Source: Bacilli bacterium
GTDB lineage: Bacteria; Bacillota_I; Bacilli_A; RFN20; CAG-826
NCBI GenBank assembly: GCA_017454295.1
Contig: JAFTDF010000016.1
Coordinates: 8,928-72,927 of the forward strand
Direction of reading: 5' to 3'
DNA length: 64,000 nt
Positions 9,862 through 20,022 of the stretch are shown piece after piece. How positions within the stretch are numbered: the first letter of the stretch is position 1; each line of letters opens with the position of its first letter. The notes below the pieces were generated by a model. It was given only the letters and a program-made list of their open reading frames with translations, searched no databases and was not told the DNA's origin. The position numbers were made by a program, and so were the translations under genes.

Positions 9862-10681
9862 AATGAATCCATTCTTGGTGTTGTTGCATCTTCCACCACT
9901 TTTTCGCTTTCTTCTTCCCTTGCCCGTTTTCGTAATAGAGGCGGTCTTTTTCGATGAGCCGCTGCAAGGGGGCATCCATTTCCTTTTCCATTCTTTCGGC
10001 GAATTCGCCGGTGCCGGTGGGCCCCATTTCCGCTAAGGGCACCACGGGTAAGGCCGAGGCTTGGACGTAGTAGCTACGATGGAAGGCTTTTTCCTCAACG
10101 AAACGCTGCTCCCCAAAAAGCAGGACGGGCTGGATATCAAGTCCCGCCATCGAAGCGAGTTTGAACGAACCGGGATGGAATTCGTTCATCATGCCATAGG
10201 GGAACTTGTTACGGGTGCCTTCGGGGAAGACAGCATAGCCGATTTTTTCGGCTTTGATGAGTTTGGCCACGTCGCGGAACTTCCGCAGCGTGCCCATCGG
10301 GTCGTCCCGGTCGATGAAGATGCCGTCAATGGCCTTGATCAGATGCGGCACAAAGGGCATTTTCAAGGTTTCTTTCTTGGCCACGATGCCGATCGGCTCG
10401 GGGGAAAGGGCGATCAAAATCAAGGGATCGAACATGGACAGATGGTTGGCGATGATCAATTTGCCACGGCCCAAAATCGGTGCCGTGCCCGGATCGAGGT
10501 CGAGTTCCATCTTCATTTGGCGCAGCAAAAACAAAATCGTGCCGCGGACCCGCCGATAGCGTTCTTCGATGGGGTAATCCTCGGGGTGCTTCGAGTATTT
10601 GCGCATGTAGGTAAAGTACTCCCATACCACACGCGGGAGGCAAAGGAATACCAAACGAAGCCACTTCAGCGCTTTCTTCAT
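9836..10681 (-). CDS. plsC: 1-acyl-sn-glycerol-3-phosphate acyltransferase
   Basis: NHLSMFD, FIDR and FPEGTR motifs. Confidence 0.92.
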   Translation of the reverse strand: MKKALKWLRLVFLCLPRVVWEYFTYMRKYSKHPEDYPIEERYRRVRGTILFLLRQMKMELDLDPGTAPILGRGKLIIANHLSMFDPLILIALSPEPIGIVAKKETLKMPFVPHLIKAIDGIFIDRDDPMGTLRKFRDVAKLIKAEKIGYAVFPEGTRNKFPYGMMNEFHPGSFKLASMAGLDIQPVLLFGEQRFVEEKAFHRSYYVQASALPVVPLAEMGPTGTGEFAERMEKEMDAPLQRLIEKDRLYYENGQGKKKAKKWWKMQQHQEWIHYENEKNAE

Positions 10682-12786
10682 GCCTTTTTGCCTCGAGTCA
10701 AAACGGTGGAATGGGCGGGGATGATCACCGCATGAGGATCAGTATCGAGTCGGTCTTGATGCGAAGAATCAAAGACCTTCTCTAGCGGCGTCGGCGCCCA
10801 ATAGGTTTCGTCACGTCCGCTGGCGTTGAAGAAGGCATGGACTTCCTCTTCAGGGGCGATGAGGTTCTTTTCCACGAACGAGAGACGGACGGTGTCGTTG
10901 ATTTCGCCCACATCGATGGCTTGGTTGATGAGGCGAGGATCGTAAATACGCAGATAAGGACTCTTCTTACGGATGGCGACCATCTTTTTGAAGTTCTCGG
11001 CCATTTCATAACGTTCGTCTAAAAGACGATAGGAGAACTTGTTATAGCCGTCGCCTTTGTTATAGGTGTTGTCTTCTTCCCATTTCGACATGCCGATTTC
11101 CTGCCCGGCGTGGAAGAAGGGAATCCCAAAGGAGAACAAAATCGCGGCATTGACGCCCTGGATGATTTCGAGTTTGGTTTCCAAAGAATAGTCACGGCGA
11201 CGCATCGAAAGGAAATCGAAGAAGGTCGCGTTATCGTGGCATTCGACATAGTTGATGGTCTGCGTGGCGGAAGCGAATTTCGGCGGCAAGATGAAATCGA
11301 TGCAAGAACCGGCCAAAGCGTTTTTGAAGGCGTTTTTCGCCCCAAAATCCCCGGCGGCGTAATTCTTTAAGGTCTCGCGGTAGAAATCGTTGAAGAAGCC
11401 AAATTCGGGCAAAAGGTTGGCATTACCCATGTGGCCAAGGGGGACGCTTACTTCCCCACCCATGTTCCAGCCTTCGCCGTAAAGGAGGAATCTCGGGTCA
11501 TGGGAACGGGCCATGGCGCGGATTTGTTGCAAGGTTTCCACGTCGATGATGCCCATCAGGTCGAAGCGGAACCCATCGATATGATAGGTTTCGATCCAGT
11601 GGCGGCAAGCATCGACGATGAGTTTGCGCACCATCGGACGTTCCGTGGCCAAATCGTTACCGCAGCCCGAGGTATTGGCCAATTTGGAATTGGCACGGCG
11701 CCGGAAATAGTAATTGGGCACCACTTTTTCGAAGACGGAATTTTGGTATTCGTAGACGTGGTTATAGACGACGTCCATGACGATGCGGATCCCGGCTTGG
11801 TGGAATTTGGCCACCATGTCGCGGCAATCGACGATACGGGATAAGGGATCTTCCAAGTTGGAGGCGTAAGAACCTTCGGGCACGAAATATTGGGCTGGGT
11901 CATAGCCCCAGTTATAACCGGAGGAGGGTTTGGATTCGTCGACGGTCTTATAGTCGTAAATCGGGAGCAATTGGAGATGGGTGATTCCCAAGCTCTTGAT
12001 GTAATCGAATCCGGCAGGATGGCCGGCCTCGGTTTTTCGTCCTTCTTCGACGAGCCCTTTGAAGCGGCCCTTTTCGCGGATGTCGGTATGGGGATCGATG
12101 GTGAGGTCGCGGACATGGCCTTCGTAGATAATGGCGTCGCAGGGGCTATTGAGGACGGGTAACGCCTCGGGATGATCGTTGTCCTTGAGCCGGCCAAAGT
12201 CGATGACGACGCTGTTTTCGCCATTTAAGGTCGAGCCTTTGGCATAGGGGTCGGTGACTTTGACCGTCACTTCAGAATTGGTGACGTGATAATGGTATTC
12301 GGCAAGATGCAAATCGCCATAGACGCGGCCTTTGAAGACCCCATGGTCGCAACGGATCATTTCCACCACGCTCCAAGGATCCTCGGGTTTCTTCCGGTAG
12401 GAAAGCACGACTTTGGAGGCTAGAGGCGCCCACAAGGCAAAACCAGTGTATTTTTTGGAATAGGTATAACCCAAATCGTTGCCCTTGTAATGGAATTCCT
12501 CGTCGAAGCCAGGGAAGGTGGTCGCCTCGGTGACATCCACGGGGACGGATCCATATTGGGGCATCACCAAGGAATAGGAATGACCGAGTTCCAAAGGCTC
12601 GTTTAACCGCAAATCGACGATGGAGATGGAAGAGAGGGTTGAGGTTCTCGCCACCGTGGGTTTGCCCATGGAGACGCCATCTTTCCATAAGACGGGTTCT
12701 AACTTCTCATAAGGAAGGGAGGAAAACACGACGAGCCGTAAGAGATCGGGGGAAATGAGTTTCGCGTTGAGATAGGTATCTTTCAT
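10678..12786 (-). CDS. pulA: Type I pullulanase (GH13)
   Basis: YNWGYDP, DVVYNH, DGFRFDLMG, YGEGW and YVECHDN motifs. Confidence 0.95.
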   Translation of the reverse strand: MKDTYLNAKLISPDLLRLVVFSSLPYEKLEPVLWKDGVSMGKPTVARTSTLSSISIVDLRLNEPLELGHSYSLVMPQYGSVPVDVTEATTFPGFDEEFHYKGNDLGYTYSKKYTGFALWAPLASKVVLSYRKKPEDPWSVVEMIRCDHGVFKGRVYGDLHLAEYHYHVTNSEVTVKVTDPYAKGSTLNGENSVVIDFGRLKDNDHPEALPVLNSPCDAIIYEGHVRDLTIDPHTDIREKGRFKGLVEEGRKTEAGHPAGFDYIKSLGITHLQLLPIYDYKTVDESKPSSGYNWGYDPAQYFVPEGSYASNLEDPLSRIVDCRDMVAKFHQAGIRIVMDVVYNHVYEYQNSVFEKVVPNYYFRRRANSKLANTSGCGNDLATERPMVRKLIVDACRHWIETYHIDGFRFDLMGIIDVETLQQIRAMARSHDPRFLLYGEGWNMGGEVSVPLGHMGNANLLPEFGFFNDFYRETLKNYAAGDFGAKNAFKNALAGSCIDFILPPKFASATQTINYVECHDNATFFDFLSMRRRDYSLETKLEIIQGVNAAILFSFGIPFFHAGQEIGMSKWEEDNTYNKGDGYNKFSYRLLDERYEMAENFKKMVAIRKKSPYLRIYDPRLINQAIDVGEINDTVRLSFVEKNLIAPEEEVHAFFNASGRDETYWAPTPLEKVFDSSHQDRLDTDPHAVIIPAHSTVLTRGKKA

Positions 12787-12798
12787 GGGTCGTCCTTT

Positions 12799-15615
12799 CT
12801 ATTGCTGATCTTCTTCGGGGAAGGGCGCTTCTTCGGAAGCGGGTTCCTCGGGGGCGGCGGAGGCGGAATGCACGACCACTTTGGCGCCTTTGGAGGAATT
12901 GGGAGTATCCAGGGAGATAATGCCTTCTTTGAGCAAACGGGAATAGATTTTCCCGGCGCGGGGGAAGCCAACGCCATAGTCCCGCTGAATCTGGCTGATC
13001 GAGGTGAATTCCCTGGCCATGACCGCTTCTTTGATCATTTGGTATTTCTCTTCGTCGCCGGCGGCTTTGATGTTAGCCAAAGCCGATTCGCTTAAGCCCG
13101 GGTCGAATCCCCCACCGCCGCTATTAGAGCTGACGGAACCGGGGATATTGTCTTCCTCGTCTTTGAGGTTGAGGAAGTCGGGATCATAGGCGGGGGCCAT
13201 TTGGTTACGGATGAAATCGCCGATCACCCGCATATCGGTACTGGTGACGAAAGCACCTTGGGCACGGACAAATTCCTTCTTGGCGACTTGGACACAATCG
13301 ATCAGCATATCGCCGCGGCCATTGAGGTCTTCCGCGCCAATGGCATCGAGGACGGTCTTCGAGTCGACCGAGGAAGCCACGGTCAAAGCGACGCGGGTCG
13401 GCAAGTTGGCTTTGATGGTCCCGGTGATGACTTTGACGTCGGGACGTTGGGTCGCCACGATCATATGGATGCCGGCCGCACGGGCTTTTTGCCCGATGCG
13501 AAGCACGTAATTGGCGATGTCTTTCTCCGCCCCAACAAGGTCGGCGTATTCGTCGACCACGGCCACGATGAAGGGCATTTTCCGCTTATGGGCATAAACG
13601 CAATAATCTTCGTTGTAGTCGCGAATGCCTTGGACGTTGGCCTCTTCGAACATCTTGTAGCGGCGGTCCATCAAATCGCAAAGCTTCTTAAAGGCCACTT
13701 TGGCTTCGCTGGGCTCTTTGATGATGGGGCAAAGCAGATGCGGCAAATCACGATACTTGTTCATTTCGACGCGTTTGGGGTCGATGAGCATCAGTTTGAG
13801 TTCCTCGGGGCGGTTACGCATCAGCAAAGAGAACAGCACCGAGTGGATGAAAACGGATTTACCCGAACCGGTGGTCCCGGCGACGAGCATATGGGGGAGC
13901 TCGGTCAAATCGGCGTAGCGGACTTTGCCGGTGATGTCTTCGCCAAAGGGGAAGAGCATGTTGTTCTTTTCGTTTAGCGGAGGAAGCGCGGCGACCAATT
14001 CCTTCAAAGGAATGGTACGTGACACCAAATTGGCGACTTCGAGGGCGCAGGTGCTCATGCCCGAAACGCGCTCGGCGAAACGGGTCGGCACGCCCCCAAG
14101 ACGGACTTCGATATCTTTGACGAAACGGCCCAAAGTCGAAACCGAAACATCGGAATCGGCTTGGATGGCGAATTGGGTGACGGAAGGGCCGATGATGTGG
14201 CTGACGACGTGGGCCCCGGCATGGAGGTCTTGATAGGCTTGGTTGATGATGAGGGTCTTTTCCTCGCAATCCCGTTCCATCTCTTCAAGGTTTTGGGCGT
14301 TTTGGATATCTTGAAGCAGATCAAGGCTCGGCAATTGATAAGGCGGTAAGGGTACTTCGGCTTCGGGGTCGGGAGCAGGAGAGGGAGCAGGTGCGGGTGC
14401 AGGTGCTGGGGTGGGCGCGCGCTGGGGAGCAGGCGTCACAATGGGCGCGGGAGCAGGCGAAGCAACCCTCGGCGCTTCCGGGGTGGGCGTTGCCACGGGT
14501 GAAGGAACTTCTACGACGGGCGTTTCCACCACTTCGGGGATTTCGGCTTCCGGGGCGGGAGAAGCTTCTTGCAAGAAAGAGGGTTTTGGATCAAACACCG
14601 GCTCGGGGGTCGGGTCTAGCGCAACCGGGGCTGGGGCTGGGTCGATGCTAGGGGCCGGTTTGCCGAAGGTGACGGGCGAATACGTGGTCATCGGGGTGGA
14701 AGGCACCGCTTCCATTTCTTCCTTTCGCGGACCGAAATAGGCTTTTTGCAAGCCGGTTCTTTGCAATGGGAGATTGGGGTTATATTCGGGCATCGGGATG
14801 GGCGTGGCTTGGCTCGGCTCGGGCGAAGGTGCTTGGTAAGGGGTCGCCGGAGCGAGGGTATTGGTATTGCGTAACGAACGGCGCGGAAGCAAGGTCTTCG
14901 AAGCGGGCAAAAACTCGGAAAGTTCCCGTGTATTTTGGCGTTTGGCCCGGAGCTCTTCTTTGGGGGCGATATTATCTTCGGGCAAAGCCACGCCAAAGGG
15001 ATTGACCTCGGCGGCCAAAGCTTCTTGCCGTTGCTTTTCTTTGTTGGCTTTCCCCACGGCGATTTTGCCTTGGATAAAGCGTACCAAACGCACTAAGAGC
15101 GGATAGAAGAAGCAGACGAAAGCGCCAAGAAGCAACACCACATATAAGGCGATGCCCCAACCGCGGACCCCGGCATCGAGCAAACTGCCGGTAAGCAAAT
15201 AGGCCAAGATGCCTCCGCCAAGGCGCAAATCGGAAAGCAAGGCGCTTCCTAAATGCGTGCGGGCTTCCTCAAGGGCAAAAAAGAACGGCTCGGTCGTGCG
15301 TCCGGTGGCGAAATTCGTGGCCCCTAAATCCGCCAAAAGGATGGCCACGCCTAGATATGTGAGCAGCCAGCCAAGGTAAATCCGCCAATGGATCGGTTTT
15401 TTATTGGCAAAGAGGACGTGATAGACGCCCCAAGCGGCAAAAGGGAGGACCAGCACGTAAATCCCGGCGATGCCGAAGAGGAAATCGATACCATAGGCAA
15501 GGAAGCGAAGATGCGTATTGGCGGAGAAAAGAATCGTCAGCGAAAACAAGGTGGCGGTGAGGCCAACCATGCGCTGAACGCGCGAGGGTGTGAAAACACT
15601 ACCGTTTTTCGCCAT
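12799..15615 (-). CDS. ftsK: DNA translocase FtsK/SpoIIIE
   Basis: N-terminal TMs, Pro-rich linker, GTTGSGKS, IDPKRVE, ATQRP and gamma domain. Confidence 0.96.
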   Translation of the reverse strand: MAKNGSVFTPSRVQRMVGLTATLFSLTILFSANTHLRFLAYGIDFLFGIAGIYVLVLPFAAWGVYHVLFANKKPIHWRIYLGWLLTYLGVAILLADLGATNFATGRTTEPFFFALEEARTHLGSALLSDLRLGGGILAYLLTGSLLDAGVRGWGIALYVVLLLGAFVCFFYPLLVRLVRFIQGKIAVGKANKEKQRQEALAAEVNPFGVALPEDNIAPKEELRAKRQNTRELSEFLPASKTLLPRRSLRNTNTLAPATPYQAPSPEPSQATPIPMPEYNPNLPLQRTGLQKAYFGPRKEEMEAVPSTPMTTYSPVTFGKPAPSIDPAPAPVALDPTPEPVFDPKPSFLQEASPAPEAEIPEVVETPVVEVPSPVATPTPEAPRVASPAPAPIVTPAPQRAPTPAPAPAPAPSPAPDPEAEVPLPPYQLPSLDLLQDIQNAQNLEEMERDCEEKTLIINQAYQDLHAGAHVVSHIIGPSVTQFAIQADSDVSVSTLGRFVKDIEVRLGGVPTRFAERVSGMSTCALEVANLVSRTIPLKELVAALPPLNEKNNMLFPFGEDITGKVRYADLTELPHMLVAGTTGSGKSVFIHSVLFSLLMRNRPEELKLMLIDPKRVEMNKYRDLPHLLCPIIKEPSEAKVAFKKLCDLMDRRYKMFEEANVQGIRDYNEDYCVYAHKRKMPFIVAVVDEYADLVGAEKDIANYVLRIGQKARAAGIHMIVATQRPDVKVITGTIKANLPTRVALTVASSVDSKTVLDAIGAEDLNGRGDMLIDCVQVAKKEFVRAQGAFVTSTDMRVIGDFIRNQMAPAYDPDFLNLKDEEDNIPGSVSSNSGGGGFDPGLSESALANIKAAGDEEKYQMIKEAVMAREFTSISQIQRDYGVGFPRAGKIYSRLLKEGIISLDTPNSSKGAKVVVHSASAAPEEPASEEAPFPEEDQQ

Positions 15616-15630
15616 GCTTGCTCCTTACTC

Positions 15631-17304
15631 CTAGCCGATGTCGACGATTAAGGGCAAGACCATCGGCACTTGTCCGGAGAGCCGGCGCAAGCCCCGAAGG
15701 ACCCGTTCATAGACATTTTGTTTCATCTCATCGAGATTGACGTCGAATCGAGAGAGGAATTCATTGACCGTCGCCACGAAGATGCGGGCGGCTTCTTTCT
15801 GGGCGGCTTCCCCTTCCTTTTGGATAAGGTAGCCCCGCATCGCCACTTCCGGACCCGCCACGATCTCGCGGCGGGAAGAGGAGATGGTCATGGCCAGGAC
15901 CATGACGCCTTCGGCGAGTTTTTCGCGGTCGGCGAGGACATTTTCGGAAATATCGCCCACGCCCGAACCGTCGATCATCAAATCCCCATGGGGAATCTTC
16001 TCATCAAAGATGCGGCCACCTTTTTCATCGATGAGGATGGACATACCGTTTTCCACGACGAAAACGTTTTGGTGGGAGAGGTTCAACCCCATGGATAAGG
16101 CCAACATGGCATTGGCGAGAAGATCTTTGTAGAAGCCCTTGACGGGAATGTAGTATTGCGGTTTGAGGATGGAGGCGAGCATCTTGAGGTCTTCTTCGGA
16201 AGCGTGCATGCGCAGGAATTGCTTCTTGGGCACGATGGTGACCCCACAGCCGCAGCGGAAGAGTTCATCCACCGCATCGGTGTATTCGAGTTCGGTATTG
16301 TCGGTGCTTAAGGAAGCGACGACGAAATGGTCGGTATCCTTGAGGCGGATCCGCTTGTCTTCATTGGCCCCGGTGGCGAGCAAAGCGATCTTGCGGAAGA
16401 GCTTGGCGCCAAAGGCGACCATGATGAAGACCAGGTCGCTATCTTTGTGGCGAAGGATATCGTCGCTGGGGACAAAATTCTCTTTGGGGATGGAGAGGGC
16501 GCCCGAGGCGATGATCGGCTCAAGCACCGCTTTCGTGGTGCTGTCATAGAAAACGATTTTCTTGCGATTGGCCACCGCCAGACGGATGACTTCGTCCACG
16601 TTATAGATATCGGTGGAGAAGATGGATACGAAGATGCGGCCTTTGGCTTTCTTAAACGCCTCGGAAAGATGGGGCGTTAGCTTATATAAGGGGGCCGTAT
16701 AGCCCGGACGGGTCGCATAGACGGATTCGGGCAAAAGCGCCAAGGTCGGCTTTTCGGCGATGATGGCCAAGGCGTTCATATCGTTGAGATAGGCTTTGTC
16801 GGCCGCGTTTTCAACGACATAGTCACCGGTGATGACGATATTGCCGTAGCTGGTTTCGATGGCCATGCCGGAGCTATCGGCGATGTTATGGGCGGTATGG
16901 AAGAAATGGATCGTCCGTCCCGCGACTTGAAACACTGAGGAAGGTTCCACCGGATGGAGGTCGTACATGCTGGGGTCGCGTTTGACATGGCGAGTGAAAA
17001 TCGAAAGCATCGACAACGTCACTTTGGAGCCATAAATCGGGGCCGGTGCTTTGGGATAAACATAGGCCAAACCACCGATTTCGTCATCGTGGCCATGGAG
17101 GAGGAAGTAGCCTTTGATCTTCTCTTTGTTCTCTTCCAGGTAATCGAATCGGGGGATGACATAGTCAACGCCGGGTTTGGTCTTATCAGGTTCCATCACA
17201 CCACAGCCGACCACGAAAAGATCGCCGTTGATGTCGATGACGAGGCAGTTTTTGCCTTCCTCATCGAGGCCACCTAAAGACACAATCCGGATTTTGTCGT
17301 TCAT
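15631..17304 (-). CDS. rnj: Ribonuclease J, J2-like (degenerate metal motif)
   Basis: LGGLDEEGKN; HGHDDEIGG in place of HxHxDH; beta-CASP region with MHAS. Confidence 0.9.
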   Translation of the reverse strand: MNDKIRIVSLGGLDEEGKNCLVIDINGDLFVVGCGVMEPDKTKPGVDYVIPRFDYLEENKEKIKGYFLLHGHDDEIGGLAYVYPKAPAPIYGSKVTLSMLSIFTRHVKRDPSMYDLHPVEPSSVFQVAGRTIHFFHTAHNIADSSGMAIETSYGNIVITGDYVVENAADKAYLNDMNALAIIAEKPTLALLPESVYATRPGYTAPLYKLTPHLSEAFKKAKGRIFVSIFSTDIYNVDEVIRLAVANRKKIVFYDSTTKAVLEPIIASGALSIPKENFVPSDDILRHKDSDLVFIMVAFGAKLFRKIALLATGANEDKRIRLKDTDHFVVASLSTDNTELEYTDAVDELFRCGCGVTIVPKKQFLRMHASEEDLKMLASILKPQYYIPVKGFYKDLLANAMLALSMGLNLSHQNVFVVENGMSILIDEKGGRIFDEKIPHGDLMIDGSGVGDISENVLADREKLAEGVMVLAMTISSSRREIVAGPEVAMRGYLIQKEGEAAQKEAARIFVATVNEFLSRFDVNLDEMKQNVYERVLRGLRRLSGQVPMVLPLIVDIG

Positions 17305-17395
17305 AACGCCCTCCTATGGAATTCGGGTTTCTCGTAGAGAATTATAAAGAAAAGCCCGCCGATTAGGAAGAGAATTCCTAAACAATTTTCGCGCG

Positions 17396-19096
17396 TTAGA
17401 TAGTTTCCTTGACGATGGCGAATCCGGAAGTGGCCAATTTGCCGTTTTCCAAGCCGTTAGAAAGAAGGGCGGGGAAGGGGAAAGCCACCTCGTTGCCGGA
17501 ATGATTGAGATAGAGCGTGTAGATTTCGTTGCCGAGGGCACGGGTTAGTTTAAGAAGTGGGCCTTCGCTAGAGATGAAAAGTTTGCCCTCCCGTAACGCT
17601 TTGGTATCCCGTTTAAGACAGCCCATTTTCTGAAATAGAGCGAAGCCGTGACCATGAAATTCCTCGCTTTCCCAGTCCATGGCCCGCCGGCAATCGGGGT
17701 CTCCCCCACCGGGAGTGAAGATCTCATCGCCATAATAAAGGCAAGGCATGCCGGGGAAGAAATAAAGCAACGCATAAGCAAGGAGCACGTCATTCTTGTT
17801 GCCCTTGACCAGGTTCATAAAACGTTGAATGTCATGCCCGGAAAGCAGATTGAGCATGCATTCGTTATGACCTTCTTTATAACGGACCAACACACCTTGT
17901 AAGGACAACGCGATTTGGGCGGCGTCTTTCTGATTCAAGACATAGGCGGAGACCACCCCTAAAAGAGGGTAATTCATCAAACCATCGATTTGATGAGGGC
18001 CAAGATAGGACTCGCTATTGAGCCAAATCTCCCCGATGAGCAAGATATCGGGATCCATCCGCTGCAAAGCCATTTTTAGTCGCATCCAGCATTCGTGGGA
18101 CACCCCTTCGCAAACGTCTAGACGGAAGCCATCGACATGGAATTCATTCATCCAATAAGAAGCGACTGAAATCAAATAGTCCTGCACCTTGGGATTGCTG
18201 GTGTCGAGTTTAGGCATCCAGGGAACGTGGGAGAAGGTTTCGTAATTCTTCGTCATCGGGTTGGGCTTGTTCCCATGAATCATATAGAAATCGTAATAAG
18301 GGGAATTGCGCCCCTGCTTCTTGACGTCTTCAAAGAAGGGATGGCGGAATGAGGTGTGATTAAAAACCATGTCGAGAATGATTTTGATATCGCGGCGATG
18401 GGCTTCCTCCACCAGTTTGCGGAAAGCGTCTTTGCCCCCGAATCCCGGATCGACATCGAAATAATCGAGGACATCATATTTATGGTTACTCGGCGCGGGA
18501 TGGATGGGATTGAGGTAAATCGCCCCCACTCCTAAGGAAGACAAATAATCCAAATGATCGATCACGCCATACAAATCGCCGCCCAAAAAGGCATTGCCTC
18601 CGAGTTGATGACTCTTCCAATCCCGATTCACGTATGGCTTATTTTTGGGATCGCCATGGCTTGCAAAGCGTTCGGGGAAAATTTGGTAAATCAAGCGGCC
18701 ACGCCAGGCGGGTTTAGGCAAGACGAAATCGGTCCGATTCTCCCCGATCATCTGAAAAGCGCTAAGGAAGGCCAAGTCGAATTCGTAATCATGGGTGAGC
18801 CCCGATTCGGAAAAATAAAGGGTTTCTCCGTTTTGGCGGATGCGGAACACATAATGGAAGCGCGGCGGCTTTCCCGAAATGATGGTTTGATAATAAAGGA
18901 ACGTCCCGTCGTCATAGACGACTTCCATCGGTTTGGCTTCATGTTGGCGTCCAAAGGTCATCTGGTTCCCATAGACCACCTCCACCTTTTCTACGGGCTG
19001 GATTTTTGCAACGGCCAAGCGCAAAAGCACCTCGTGGTCCGAAACGCTATAACAATAGCGGGAATCACTTTGGTGGCGGAAATAAAGAACGTCCAT
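17396..19096 (-). CDS. GH13 neopullulanase/cyclomaltodextrinase
   Basis: YQIFPERF, SNHKYD, DMVFNH, DGFRLDV, GEIW and DPDCRRAM motifs. Confidence 0.92.
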   Translation of the reverse strand: MDVLYFRHQSDSRYCYSVSDHEVLLRLAVAKIQPVEKVEVVYGNQMTFGRQHEAKPMEVVYDDGTFLYYQTIISGKPPRFHYVFRIRQNGETLYFSESGLTHDYEFDLAFLSAFQMIGENRTDFVLPKPAWRGRLIYQIFPERFASHGDPKNKPYVNRDWKSHQLGGNAFLGGDLYGVIDHLDYLSSLGVGAIYLNPIHPAPSNHKYDVLDYFDVDPGFGGKDAFRKLVEEAHRRDIKIILDMVFNHTSFRHPFFEDVKKQGRNSPYYDFYMIHGNKPNPMTKNYETFSHVPWMPKLDTSNPKVQDYLISVASYWMNEFHVDGFRLDVCEGVSHECWMRLKMALQRMDPDILLIGEIWLNSESYLGPHQIDGLMNYPLLGVVSAYVLNQKDAAQIALSLQGVLVRYKEGHNECMLNLLSGHDIQRFMNLVKGNKNDVLLAYALLYFFPGMPCLYYGDEIFTPGGGDPDCRRAMDWESEEFHGHGFALFQKMGCLKRDTKALREGKLFISSEGPLLKLTRALGNEIYTLYLNHSGNEVAFPFPALLSNGLENGKLATSGFAIVKETI

Positions 19097-19097
19097 G

Positions 19098-19640
19098 TCA
19101 ATATAAATCTAAGAAAGCCAGCGTCGTGTCGTCGTCGAGGGATTTGATTTCGAGGTGGTTATTCACCATGATGCCATAACTGGCGGGTTTCCCTTGCTTG
19201 GGGAAGGAGATGGATCCGGGATTGAAATAGGTGACCCCGTCTTCGGTTTTTAGCATCGGCACATGGGTATGGCCAAACATCAAAATGTCGCCGCGTTGGA
19301 CATCGATGAGATCGCCCGTAAGCAAATCGCCATGGATCAAATCGCAGCGATAACCGTTTAAATAAACGGTTTGGGAGTCTTCCATATGAAAACGCAGCAA
19401 GCTTTGGTCGATACGGGAATCGCAATTCCCCCTCACCCCAACGGTGCGAGGTGCCCACTTGTTGATGATGGCGCTGACCGCCATGGGATCGTAATCAAAA
19501 GGCACCCCATTACGGGGGCCGTTATAGAGATAATCGCCAAGCAAAACAATCCGCTCGGGCGCGAAAGACGAAATGATGGCGTCTAGCCGTTTTGCGGCTT
19601 GGAGCCGGCCATGGATGTCGCTGGCGATGAGGACTTTCAT
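19098..19640 (-). CDS. YfcE-family metallophosphoesterase
   Basis: SDIHG, LGD, GPRN, RGNCD, GHTH and NPGS motifs. Confidence 0.9.
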   Translation of the reverse strand: MKVLIASDIHGRLQAAKRLDAIISSFAPERIVLLGDYLYNGPRNGVPFDYDPMAVSAIINKWAPRTVGVRGNCDSRIDQSLLRFHMEDSQTVYLNGYRCDLIHGDLLTGDLIDVQRGDILMFGHTHVPMLKTEDGVTYFNPGSISFPKQGKPASYGIMVNNHLEIKSLDDDTTLAFLDLY

Positions 19641-19673
19641 ATGCGTGTATTATGCGCGCAATCTTAAAATTGT

Positions 19674-20021
19674 CTATTCGTTGATTTCGCGGGTGGCGAT
19701 GAGATCCACACCGGTATCCCCAATATTGGAGACGAGGAGCTGTCCCATTTTCACCGGGGGTTGAACTTCGGTTTGGTTGACGATTTCCATGATGCGGAAT
19801 TGGTCGCCTTTGCGAATGGTGCCACTGGTCTTGCAGGGACAGACGCGAAGCAGCTTCCCACGGCATTTGACGGTCGTGGTCAAAGTGCGACGGGGATCGC
19901 GGATTTCTTGGGCTCCGTAAATGGCGCCTCTGGGGCAGCTATTGCCGGTGACGTTGAAGTTTTCGTCGACGTGGAGTTCACAGCCTCTGGGGCAGACGAT
20001 GCAAGTTAAAATGTGTTCCAT
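19674..20021 (-). CDS. DUF1667 CxxC metal-binding protein
   Basis: CIVCPRGC...GNSCPRG; usual third gene of this flavoprotein operon. Confidence 0.88.
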   Translation of the reverse strand: MEHILTCIVCPRGCELHVDENFNVTGNSCPRGAIYGAQEIRDPRRTLTTTVKCRGKLLRVCPCKTSGTIRKGDQFRIMEIVNQTEVQPPVKMGQLLVSNIGDTGVDLIATREINE

Positions 20022-20022
20022 G

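Noticed and set aside
14350-14720. Pro/Ala-rich quasi-repeats
   Set aside because: This is the ordinary low-complexity FtsK linker, not a DNA repeat array
15631-17304. RNase J with a broken HxHxDH motif
   Set aside because: Expected for J2-type paralogs in Firmicutes
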